This document shows, one piece after another, positions 11,291-21,769 of a DNA stretch of 64,000 bases; the first letter of the stretch is position 1, and the number at the start of each line of letters is the position of its first letter. Both the position numbers and the translations under genes were made by a program. Below the pieces are notes generated by a model that made no database searches, had not been told where the DNA came from, and saw only the letters and a program-made list of their open reading frames with translations. The stretch spans positions 50,034,001 through 50,098,000 of the forward strand of contig NC_087449.1 in assembly GCF_036321535.1 (NCBI RefSeq), given 5' to 3'. This DNA is from Camelus dromedarius (Eukaryota).

Positions 11291-12491
11291 CTTTCCCCAG
11301 GAGATTACTGGTACCCCAGTATTTAATGCTATTTGGTACCATCAAAAGTCCAGACTGGAGCCTGGCATGCTAATCCTTCTAGAGAGGTCTTTACAGCTTC
11401 ATTTTCCTTAATCCCACCTGCCTCCCTGACTCCCTGAGCTGCAGGCTGTGTGGGACACTCACTCTAGCTGTCTCCTCTGAATGGTGTCATCTCCCTCGCT
11501 AACCCTGGACCTGCACCCTTGACCGTGAGCCGGGGGCCGGATCCTGCTTTCCTTCTGGTCCCAGGTCCAATCACACCCCCTCCAGGAAGCCTTCCAGGAT
11601 GTCCCAGCCAAGAGACCTTCTCCTCCCCTTGAAGCCTGTGCCCCCAGCATAGACATTCCCTGTGTTTAGGCAGCATTCTCTTTCCTAGCCAGGTGTGGGC
11701 CTGACGTCAACCTTCCCCAGAGCCACGGCTCCATCCAGGTGGACAGTGAGGTCCCCATAGCCTCCAGACGAAGCTCAGGGCTATGGTTCTGAGTATACTA
11801 CACTGGGCCAGTCCTGCGCAGGCTCAGTGCCCACCCTTCTCCTCTCTGCCCTGCTCCTCTACCATGCCCTGAGCTCCTCATATGCGCTCCCATGGATGTA
11901 ACATATGCTTGGGGTCCAGTATCTATAATTCCTGCAGTCTATGCTTCTCAGGGTCTCTGGGTCTAAAACATGCCCCTTCTGGGGTTTGCAGACCCCCTGA
12001 TGCTCTGATTGTGGGAATTTGCGAGTCTGGGCTGCTCTAGTTCTGTGACTCAGGGAACCTGAGAGGGTGGGATGCTGAAGTCTACCCCCCATTTCTAAAG
12101 TATACCCTTTGGTGAGTCTGACATCCTGAGACTGAGTGTTGGCGACCAACTTGGCACCAGTCTGAGTCTAGACAGCCTGGGACACTGAATGGGCTTGGCG
12201 CTGGCCCCAGCACTCAGCAGTCGTGTGCACCTCAATGCTCTGGGCCTTGGTCTCCTCACTGATAACAGCAGGTGTCTGTGGCTCCACCAACAGCATTCAT
12301 GAGAAGCCTGCTCCATGTCCTGGTTGCCGTGGGGGGCAATGGGGAGGGGGTAGCAGGGTCATGGGTGTGAGGTCCTGCACCCAGGATGCTAGCAGTGGTC
12401 CCTGCTCCAGAGCACAGCCTTGGGCTTAGCCAGGGCTCTAGGTGGGGCCAGGGAACAATTCCTCCCCTCTAGCTGGTACTTAGGTCTAGAT

Positions 12492-12785
12492 CAACACCGT
12501 CCAATAGAAATATCACAGGGGTGATGCATGTAGTTGTATATTTCGGAGTAGTCATGTTAAAGTTAAGAAACAGGTGAAATTTAAAAATGTATTTTATTTA
12601 ACCCAATATATCATTTCAGCCTGTAATCAATGTTAAAATATTAATAGCGAGACATTATACTTTCTTCTATACTAAACCCTAAAATCTGCGTGTCTGACAC
12701 TAATAGTGCATCTTAGTTCAGACCAGCCTCGTTTCAAGTGCTCAGCAGGGGCGCGAGGCTGGGGCTGCCGCACTGGACAGCCCAG
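12492..12785 (+). mobile_element. MER33 (hAT-Charlie non-autonomous DNA transposon), near full length
   Basis: gtccaatagaaatat...aagaaacaggtgaaatt...ttttatttaacccaatatat...tttcaagtgctca...tggacag, matching the remembered MER33 consensus and its terminal inverted repeats. Confidence 0.88.
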
Positions 12786-12904
12786 GGCTCGTGGCTCTGC
12801 CAAGGCTCCCCGGCTCCGTGGGCACCAGAGGGGCCGGTTTTCACTGACGGCAGAGGCGGGGCTGTGTGGGGTTCTCATGTTTGTTTACCTGCACAGCACA
12901 GCGG

Positions 12905-13075
12905 TTATGAGCACACGCTCTGGAGTGACTGGGGCTTTGGTTCAGCTCTCTTCTCCGTCAGGTGACTTTGGACAAGTGACTTCACAGGGTGTTGGGAAGA
13001 TTAGCGAGATAATGCATGTGGAGCGCTCGGTGTGTGCTGTGTGTACCAGGAAGCGGCGGCTGCTCTTATAATTGG
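12905..13075 (+). mobile_element. MIR, internally deleted
   Basis: gtgactttggacaagtgacttcacagggtgttgggaagattagcgagataatgcatgt. Confidence 0.7.
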
Positions 13076-14189
13076 TTCCGTGACTCTGCCACCTCCCTGG
13101 GCACGGACTCAGCCCGGTAGCTGTGGCATCTGCACCTCCCAGACTCTTAACGTTGTCCTGTCAGCCAAACTGCTGGCCAGCAGCCCCCCCGGGGCTTGGA
13201 GGCGGTCTCGCTGCCTGGCAGGAGCCGGCATCACAGGCGTGCAGAGCACAGAGGCTGCCTGGGCTGAGCAGACCGGCTCGTAGCCCCAGCCTGGCTCTAA
13301 CTACTGCAGGAACTGATGGGAACACAGACTCCGCAGGCCTCTGCCTCTTGGCCTAGAAGATAGGAGGATATGACTGACTGACCTTTGAAAGCCACTTCCA
13401 GAGCGAGAAGCTGGTGCACACGACAGCATTTATAGAGCACGTGGACGGCATCTGCAGAGAGCAGCCGTAGACCAAGCGAGCAGCGTAAAATGTCGTTGAG
13501 TCTTTACTCTGCTTTGGGTGACCAGCAACCATGTGTGAGCCTGGTTTCCTCCTCCGTAAAAGAGGCAGCAGTAATAACGGTGCTCATTGGATGCAACCAT
13601 TCCCAGGATGCCTCTGGGTGCCACCCGTCTGTCCACCCAGGATTATCTCCAAAGCCCCAACTCTCCTCTTGCCCCCATCTGGCCTCCCCCAGGACCACTG
13701 CCAGCTGAAGACCTACTGTGTGCTCTTACATCTGTGGGCTCATTGAACCTGCAGCTTCCCCCTGGAGGTGAATCTCATCAGATCTGTCGTTTGCACCGAT
13801 GAGGAACCGGAGGTTCAGAGTGGAGAGGGGGTGAGTGACCAACGCCAACCTGACTTGGTTGAGCGCTTGCGGGTTGTTGTGGGGACCAAGTGAGATAACA
13901 CAGGAAATGTGTCTGCTTGAAATATGATGACTGTGAAAAGAAAGGCCACTGGCCAGTGTGATAAAGGGAAACTGAGGCTCAGAGCACAGGAGTGGCTGCC
14001 CCTAGAGGTCAGACCTCCCCATTGCTGGCTTCCCCTGGGTGACCCTGAGGGCAGGAGGGCAGACTCAGGAGCACCCAGCCACCTCCACCTCTGTCCCGCC
14101 TGCCCATCGACTCCCTTCCCCATCATGGGCAATTTTCCAGGGGAAAAAAAAAATGACTTCCCAGTTTTGCCACAAACTCACCTCTGCTG

Positions 14190-14580
14190 AGTTAAGCAGT
14201 TAACAGAGCTCTCACAGTGGAATGTGTTTTGTTTAATACCTTGATCTCTCTTGTCTGCTAGAAAAATGAATTCTGTCAAATCTCTCGAAGCCAACTGTCA
14301 AATTAAGGCATTGGGGGGTGGTGGGAAGACAGATCTCTTACTCTGACAGCAAAATTCATTTGATTTGATCCCTTAATCCAGTCTCCCTACAAAACCTGGA
14401 GCTGAAATTTTGCAAGCCCTTTGCCCTGAACAGTTTCTTTCTGCTCCTCCTTAATGCCTCCTCTCCCGGGGTCCACTCCCCTTTCACCTTTAAAAATAAC
14501 AACCAAGAACTGCAGCTGGGGTAATGATAACCATTGGGTTTCTGATGGCAATTTTTTAGAGAGAAAATGACAGTGCACAA
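14190..14580. promoter_or_regulatory. Candidate enhancer / conserved non-coding element
   Basis: AT-rich unique island with four TGACAG/CTGTCA sites (14273, 14295, 14344, 14568), TAATCC at 14374 and tgatttgat. Conservation not tested. Confidence 0.45.
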
Positions 14581-15184
14581 AACTATCTCTCAGGGTCTAT
14601 TTGGGGAGAGAGAGAGGTGCTGGCTGTGGAAGGCTCAAGGAGCCCCAGGAAAGACAGGAACACATGGGATGGTTGGGGTTCTGGACCTGAGGTCCCCGCC
14701 AGCAGGATGCAGAGGCAGGGGGATGTCTGGGAGGAAGATGCAGCCTTATTTCCCCTGACAAATCTTTTCCTCTAATCTCTGCTCTCCACCCTGCACCTCT
14801 TTCCTCCCTCAACTGTATCCACATACTAGAACCCAATCCTGCCCTTGGGCTCAGCACTTGGCAGTTTACAAAGCATTTTCACATTTACTACGACTCTTTA
14901 TTTACTCATTTTAATGATCGTTTGTTTATTAACTGTTCTCTCACTCATCACTTCCATCCTTCATGTTATTTATGCTGTGATAACTGGGAATCACCACGGG
15001 TCATAACCTTCGTGACACTTGGGAGCTACAAAGACCTGCAAGATGGAACCTTCCCCTCCAGGATTTTAGGGTCTGAGGGGGGCGACAGGTATGGACAAAT
15101 GATTATGACCTTGTGTGCAGAAGAGTATGGCATGTGAGTGCTGGGCATAGAGAAGGCATTTCTATTCGTTAACATGTGCAGGGC

Positions 15185-15640
15185 AGCATGTATCAGAAAT
15201 GTCAAAAACGGAAGCCCAAACAACTGAAATGTGAAATGTTCTCACACAGCCAGATGTCTGAAGGGAGGTGGTTGCAGTCTCATCAGATGTTTAGAGATGT
15301 CAATAAAGACCCAGGCTCGTCCCTTCTCTCCTCTTTGCTATCCTTGGTTATGGTGGCTTTTTGTCATTAGCTTGTCGCCTCATGGTTGCAGGATGGCTGC
15401 TGCAGCTCCAAACATCACGTCTTATACTGCAGCATTCATCCTGAGAAGGGAGAGGAGTGAGGAAAAACAATTCCCAGAAGCAGTCCCTCCATTAGCAGTT
15501 TTACCCCTCACACATCAATGGCCAGATCTGGGTCACATACCCACTCCCAAAATAATGTCTGGAAAAGACTTGGCTTCACCTCTGGGCTGGGGAGACCCAT
15601 CAGGTCTGGGCCTATTACTGCAGAACAAGCCCAGGGTTCT
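15185..15640 (-). mobile_element. MLT1K/L-like MaLR LTR
   Basis: catggttgcaggatggctgctgcagctccaaacatcac...tggccagatctgggtcacatacccact. Confidence 0.75.
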
Positions 15641-15794
15641 GTGAGTGAAGGAAGGAGGGGTGGGCTGCTGGGCAGGCAGCCACGAGTGTCCACCACCTTC
15701 TCATCAGTGCTTGTGACTGAGTATCCTGGGCCGGGTGGGGTCTCTCTGCCCCCAAGCCTGAGCCCTGGGGGCAGAAAGCCCTGCTCTGAGCCTC

Positions 15795-16250
15795 TGTCCC
15801 TTGCAGGCTGTGTGATCTGGGAAGTACATGACCTCCCCGAGGCACAGCCCCCTCCCCTAGGAGAGGGGACATAACAGCACCTGCCATGTAGGGCGCTTGT
15901 GAAAGTGATGTGGGGTCGTGCGTGCAGGCGCCTGGCCCAAGGGGGTGTTAGCAGCTGGTGGCCATTGCAGCGATTAGCCCCATCTGTAAAATGGGCCCGT
16001 TTGCCTCCTCTGTCACAACCCTGGGGTGACAACAGCGGGAGCATCAGTTCACACAGGTGAACACTTTCTGCGGGTGCTGGGTGCCCTTCACCTGCTCTCA
16101 CTCCCTGAATCCTCACAGCCACCCCGTGAGGAGGGAGCTGTGCTCACTCCCACTTTACAGTTGAGGAAACTGAGGTTCAGGGGGTGACCCCCAGTCAAGT
16201 GAGGGCAGACGGGGCTCCGGATCCTCAGGTTCCAGCCACTGTGCTCTGAC
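15795..16250. mobile_element. Cluster of MIR fragments (plus strand about 15795-16070, minus strand about 16080-16250)
   Basis: gctgtgtgatctgggaagt...; catctgtaaaatggg; ttacagttgaggaaactgaggttcag. Confidence 0.7.
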
Positions 16251-17689
16251 CCCCTGCAGGGCCCTGGGTGGAGCCACAGGCAGATGCTCAGGTAACCACT
16301 CCCCACCGACTGTCACCTGTCCAGGCTGGTGGCTGGGGCTGACCTCTCTCCTGACTCCACTCTCTTTCCCTTCCAGAGCTCCAGGACCCCAGGACCTGCC
16401 TGTGGTGCAGGGAGATTTGCCGCCGTCCCTGCTGCCCTTCATCCTCTGATAAACAGTGTAATCAATGGTGTCATTTCTTTGGTCCTGAACTGGCAACTTC
16501 CATTTGGGGAGGAAATAATATACACTTTATATCCTTAACACAGAACATAGCATATGATAATGATGGATAATACACTCCATATTTATAGTTTTATTGAATT
16601 ATGCAAAAACCACTTTGAATAATTATACACCTACAGCACATCACATTTAATAGCTGCACATGGGGCTCCTGGCCAGCACCATGATGCAAGCTTGGGCACC
16701 AAGTGTGAAATGAAATGGCAGCCCAGCCCTGCAGCACGGGGGTTTGGCTGTCCCCTCTGCCATGCCTCCACTCAGACCTGCACCCATCTCCACTATTTCC
16801 AGTCTTCCTGGTCTTCCCAGCTCCCCAGAGAACTGGCCATGGGGGTGGGTGCAGGAGAGGGATGGGGGAGTTGACTTCCTCATTTTACAGATGGGGAAAC
16901 TGAGGCCCATTCACTCACCCATCTCTCACCCAACAGTCTCCTGAGTGCCTGCTTTGTGCCCGCCTCTGTTCTAGGCTGGGGATGAGCCCCGTGGAAAGAC
17001 CCAAAGCACGTGGGGAGAGAGCATTTCTAATCTTCCAGAATGACAACATTTATTCTTCCACTTTGCTTTGATTCATCCTCTGATTCTAATATTCAGTGAG
17101 CACAGCCTCTGGGACTGTGAAACGCCCCACCTGGGGAACAGGCCGCCCCCCACCCTCAACCTGAGCCTCCCCCAGGCTCTGAGTCATCCCTTCCCCCTCT
17201 CAAATCCCGTCCAGACCATCCCAGGCCTCTCCCTCCTCTGGGGCCCACCCCAGACTCTGGGTTTCTGGCTGTCACAAAATGTGGTCAGCTGTGACAATGA
17301 CAATTAGAAAAATTGTGCCAGGTGAGAAACTCCCACTAGATTTAGAACCCACAGTGAGTCACACCTCCAGACTCAAGGTGGCCACCAGTCTCTGCCCAGA
17401 AGGCAGCATGGCCACAGTGACCAAGTGACACTGCCCCTCTTGAGCAGTGCTGCCCACGGCACCTGGGCCCCTGCAGGGAGCCCACCCAGGCCCTGTGGGT
17501 TCCAGTATCTCCCCTTCCCTACTCTGCACCCCCTGCTCTCTCCCCTCCTGCTCGCGGGACCACATCTCACCGCTGATCTCTGGGGCCCTCCTGGGGGTGC
17601 TGCCGCATCTGATCCCAGACCCTGACGGAGGAGGCGCCATCCCTGTGAGCGGTCCTGAGCTCCAGACCCTGGTCAGAGCACAGGCTTTG

Positions 17690-18170
17690 GCCAAACCTGG
17701 TTTCCAGTCTGGGTTCTGCCACTTCCTGGCTGTGAGACTTAGGGAAAGTTGTTTAACTTCTCTGAGCTCAGTGCCCACACATGTGTGTTGAAGATAAAAA
17801 CATCTGCCTTATGTGGTGGGGACCAGACTTAGACGTGGTAACATGTGTGACGCGCTCAGTGATGGATTCTGTTATTATTACTCTTGTATCAAGCTCCTGG
17901 CACAGGGTCTGGGCACAGTCCAGGCAGACACTCAATAGAGCAGGAAGAGCAGGGACTGGGGAGCAGACTGCACAGGTTCAAGGCCCAGCTCTGCCATTTG
18001 TGAGTTGTGTGATCTTGGATGAGTTTCTAAGCCTCTCTGTGCTACAGGATCTTCATCTGTAAAATGGGGGCATAGCAGCAGTGCCTCCTTCATGGGATTG
18101 TTGAAATGATTCCTAAACTAACGCAGGTGAAGTGCTGAGCACAGGGCCTGGCACAGAGTTAGCTTTTATT
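17690..18170 (+). mobile_element. Two tandem MIRs
   Basis: ctgccacttcctggctgtgagacttagggaaagttgtttaacttctctgagc, and ctgccatttgtgagttgtgtgatcttgg...catctgtaaaatgggg. Confidence 0.8.
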
Positions 18171-18269
18171 ATCCCAGGTCCTGAGGGAGTGATGGCGTTG
18201 AGGGGCCTGGAAAAATCCCCCTTCCTGCCACCACTGCACTCTGAGATGAGAGAATGAGGTCCAGACACA

Positions 18270-18600
18270 CTAAATTAAATGTTTGAGAACAAGACAGTAT
18301 ATGACCGTGCTAAATTATTCAGGGCGGACAATTAGAGAACAAAACCATGTATAATAAAGGGCTAATTGGGCGGGACAGACGCTCAGCCCACCAGGAGCTG
18401 GAGCTGCAGCCCGGGACTGGGATGGCCGCGCCGGCACTCTGGGTAATAACACTGACCTTTCCCCTTCATATAAGTGACGCTTACTTACTACGGCATTTGG
18501 AAAGTGCGACCATTAATATCAAAGAGTGTGTAAATCACTGACAGCTCACCTCCCAAAGGCAGTAGCTTTTACTCTCCTCATTCTTTTTCCTACTTACATA
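18270..18600. promoter_or_regulatory. Candidate developmental enhancer (TCF + PBX-HOX + MEIS grammar)
   Basis: cattaatATCAAAGagtgTGTAAATCAcTGACAG: TCF core 18518-18524, PBX-HOX-type TGATTTACA on the minus strand 18529-18537, MEIS 18539-18544, plus several TAAT cores. Confidence 0.55.
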
Positions 18601-18929
18601 GAAGTACCCGTGCGTGACTGGGTCCACGCTGGTGTGACTGTCAGGGTATGTTAGGGTATAGGACAAAAACCAACAACCTTACCAACAACAGGTTACAACG
18701 GGCTCCTGCAAGGGGATGCTGAGTGAAACAGTATGAAGTTTTCAGAGCCAGTCGTGTTAATACTGATGGATAGATCTCCCCAGCTTCTTTTGGCATGACT
18801 TTCACGTGACCCCACATGTGGGGTCTTCTCCCGCTCTCCAGTTTCTCACCCTGGTCCATCACCATCACGCCTGGACCTGCACAGCGGCCTCCTGCCTGGT
18901 CCCTGCCTCTGCCCTGGCCCCTCTCCCGT

Positions 18930-19460
18930 CACTCACCCCACAGAGCTGGGTGACCCTCTGGGACTCAGGGTGGACCCGTCCCTGCTCTGCCCCACGCCCC
19001 ATGGCTCCTGCCTCACTGGGGCACAGTCCACGCTGTGGGTGGCCCAGGGCTGTGCGTGTCCCCCATCCCGCAGCCCCTCCCCGTCACTGGCTCCCCTCCA
19101 GCCCTGCATCCTTCCTGGACCAGGAGCCCTGGGCCTGCTCCTCCTTACCGCCTGGCCTCGCCCTTCCCTCCAGGCAGAGCCTCTTCCCGTGTCTGCCCGG
19201 CTCCCTCCCTCCCCTCTTTCAGGTCTTTGCCCCGGTGTCACTTGCTCTGAAAGGCCTTCCCTGACCCCTGTTTACAACTGTGACCCCAGCACCCGCCTCC
19301 ACCTCCCCTGCTTCCTTGTCCTCCTGGCTCTTTCCCCGACCTCCCCACCGCGGTCCACCCTTAACGCCAGGGTCTCCTCTCCTGGAACCTGGGCTTCTCC
19401 CTGGGGCCGAGGCAGGGCCCGCCCCCGGGGCTCTCGGTGGACACTTGCTGCAGAGCTGAG
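18930..19460 (+). mobile_element. L2 3' region, strongly GC-shifted
   Basis: tcaggtctttgccccggtgtcacttgctctgaaaggccttccctgacc and a GC-altered terminus ctctcggtggacacttgctg. Confidence 0.7.
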
Positions 19461-19943
19461 TGCCCGGAGCGCTGGCTCCGCTCCCGTGTCAGACGCTGTC
19501 CTAAAGGCCACACTGTCCCGTCACCTGTCACAGCAGCCCCGGGGCGCAGCTGCTGGTGACACCCCTGTTCTCACAGGAGGTTGCAGGCGTGGCCTGGCTG
19601 GGAACCCCCCCCCTGGCTTCACACAGCTGCCGAGGTCGGGGCCGGGGCTGGGCTCTGAGCTCCAGACACGGCTCCCATGCAGGTGTGATGCCGCTCCGGG
19701 ACGTTCCAGAAAGAGCACGGGTGTTGAGTAGTGTGTGAGGTGACCCCAGCACGCCACTGCCGGCGCTGAGGGTCTTGCTAATGTCCTGAAGAGAAACGGA
19801 TCCTCTGCGTCCTTATCCCAGGATGCAGCCACTGCTCCCTAGGGAAACCCGAAGCAGCATTCCTGCAGGAGCACAGGCAGCTGGAGCGATGGTGCTACTG
19901 TTGGGGGAGCTCATCCAGGTGAGCCTTCGTGCGAGCTGGGAAG

Positions 19944-19962
19944 AGGCGCCCCCTGCTGGTCC
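19944..19962 (-). promoter_or_regulatory. Strong CTCF core motif
   Basis: The minus strand reads GGACCAGCAGGGGGCGCCT, containing CCAGCAGGGGGCGC, which fits the CTCF core CCASYAGRKGGCRS at every position. Confidence 0.75.
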
Positions 19963-20329
19963 ATTTATGAGAAGGAAGACTCCTTTCTCTTGGCAGATGT
20001 GAGTGGGGCACAGGCTGCATTTATAACAACTTTGTCTTTAAGACACACCTCTTGCCCAGCTCCATCCAACTGCCCCCCTGATCCCCAAGACCCTCCCACT
20101 CGTCAGTGCACCCAAACCTGCATGGACCACCTGCCCCTAAAGTGTCCCTCTCACCAGAGGTGCAGCCTCCACCTGGTGGCTCTGACCGCCTGGCAGGTGA
20201 GTGGCCTCCATGTCTTTCTCTGCTTCACCCCACTCAGTCCAAACTCCTTTCTCCTTCCCTGGTTCAGATCCTGACCCGGCAGGAGCCCCCTAAGTTCCAT
20301 GAAACTCATTTCTTTTTTGCCTAAACTAC

Positions 20330-20640
20330 ACTGTTTTTCTGTTACTTGCAAAAAGTCCTGACTCAGACACCAAGGAAACCTGTTTATTTAAAAATCTGAT
20401 TTAAAATAAGCACTCTTTCCAACAGTGAATGTCTCTCTTTTTCTCTGTTTCTTCTTCTCTCTGAGAGTCCACATCAAGCAACAGGAACATGGCTTTTAAA
20501 AACCTATGTGGAAATTAAACCCACAATCTGGGCAGGCACTTCTTTGACAAGTGATAATTAACTGCTGACAATATAATTTCAGCTTGGCCGCAAATATGTT
20601 TTTCATGAAGAAGTAATCAAAGAGATCCTTGCGTTGGGGA
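20330..20640. promoter_or_regulatory. Candidate enhancer / conserved non-coding element
   Basis: AT-rich unique island in GC-rich surroundings, with TAATTA 20555-20560, two TGACAA, and TCF core ATCAAAG 20616-20622. Confidence 0.45.
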
Positions 20641-20984
20641 GTCCAGTCTCATCTGTGCAACTCAGCCCCTCTGCCGTCGGCTGCAGAGCTGGTGTGGAGG
20701 GTCCACTGCTCCCTGCCAGGGGGGATTTGGACCCCAGAGGTGATATTGGTATTTCACATCCCTGGGATTTCTGGGCCCCATGGACTCCAGGGCAATTCTC
20801 AGAAGGCAGTTCAGCCAGCCCCTCTCTCACTAACAGACCGTCCTCTCCTCTGGGTGTCCCCAGCCCCAAAGGCGCCTGGAACCAGAACAGGGACTTGGCA
20901 CCAGCTGCAGCTTCAGGGAGGGAGGGGGCATTCTCGCACGTGCAGCCCCTGCCAGGCCTGGGGTCCCCCAGGGGTCCTGCCCAT

Positions 20985-21350
20985 CTCCCATCTGACAGAG
21001 GTAGAAACTGAGGCTCAGAAAGCTGGAGTCACTTCTTCAAGCCCATGCCGCTTGATCAGAGGCCAGATGGGGATGTGAACTCTGACCTGTCTGACCCCCC
21101 AAGTCTGTGCCCCCCTCACCCTACACCCAACTCCCCATCTCTAGTGAACTCAGCTGCTCTATGCTTCAGTTTCCTCATCTGTAAAATGGGGAGAATGGTA
21201 GTACTCTCCTTAGGTGGTCTTTTAGGATGAAATAAACTGATATATACACCACACACATACATGCACACAAATACACAGCACCTAGCTTAGTGCCTGGCAC
21301 ATAGTCAGCCCCCAGCCTGTGATAGCTAGAATGCTTAGTAATTATTATCA
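20985..21350. mobile_element. Two MIR fragments in opposite orientation
   Basis: gaaactgaggctcagaaagctggagtcac (minus) and tcagtttcctcatctgtaaaatgggg...gtgcctggcacatagt (plus). Confidence 0.8.
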
Positions 21351-21361
21351 GTATTAATATT

Positions 21362-21666
21362 TGCTATAGGCTGAATGTGTTTCCCAAAATTCATATATTG
21401 AAACCGCACCACATCCTCAATGTGTTGGTAACAGGAGTTAATCGTGAGGGTGGAGCTCTCAGGAGAGGGTTTAGTGAATTTGTAAAGGAGACTCCAGAGT
21501 GCCCCCAGCCCCATCCACCACGTGAGGACTGAGAACCAGACACCCAGTCTGTCCGCATCTTGTTCTTAAACTTCTCAGGCTCCAGAATGGTGAGAAATGA
21601 ATGTCTGTCATTTATAAGCCACACAGTCTATGCCATTCTGTTATAGCAGTCCCCAAGACTAAGACA
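21362..21666 (+). mobile_element. MLT1A-type MaLR solo LTR with intact TSD
   Basis: tgctataggctgaatg...gactaagaca, with a perfect 5-bp target-site duplication atatt at 21357-21361 and 21667-21671. Confidence 0.92.
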
Positions 21667-21769
21667 ATATTAATAATAGTAATATCAACAACATGCTGAT
21701 ATTATGAGGCAAACTTCTGTCCTGCAACCCCTGGCTCTGCCCCCTTTAGTCACCTCTAATAATCTCGAG

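Noticed and set aside
15508-16122. 204-aa minus-strand ORF
   Set aside because: It spans MLT1 and MIR fragments and has a non-ATG start; chance open frame in GC-rich repeats.
18970-19731. 253-aa ORF as a protein-coding gene
   Set aside because: It has a GTG start, lies over a GC-shifted L2, is low-complexity Pro/Ser/Leu-rich, and shows no domain or exon context.
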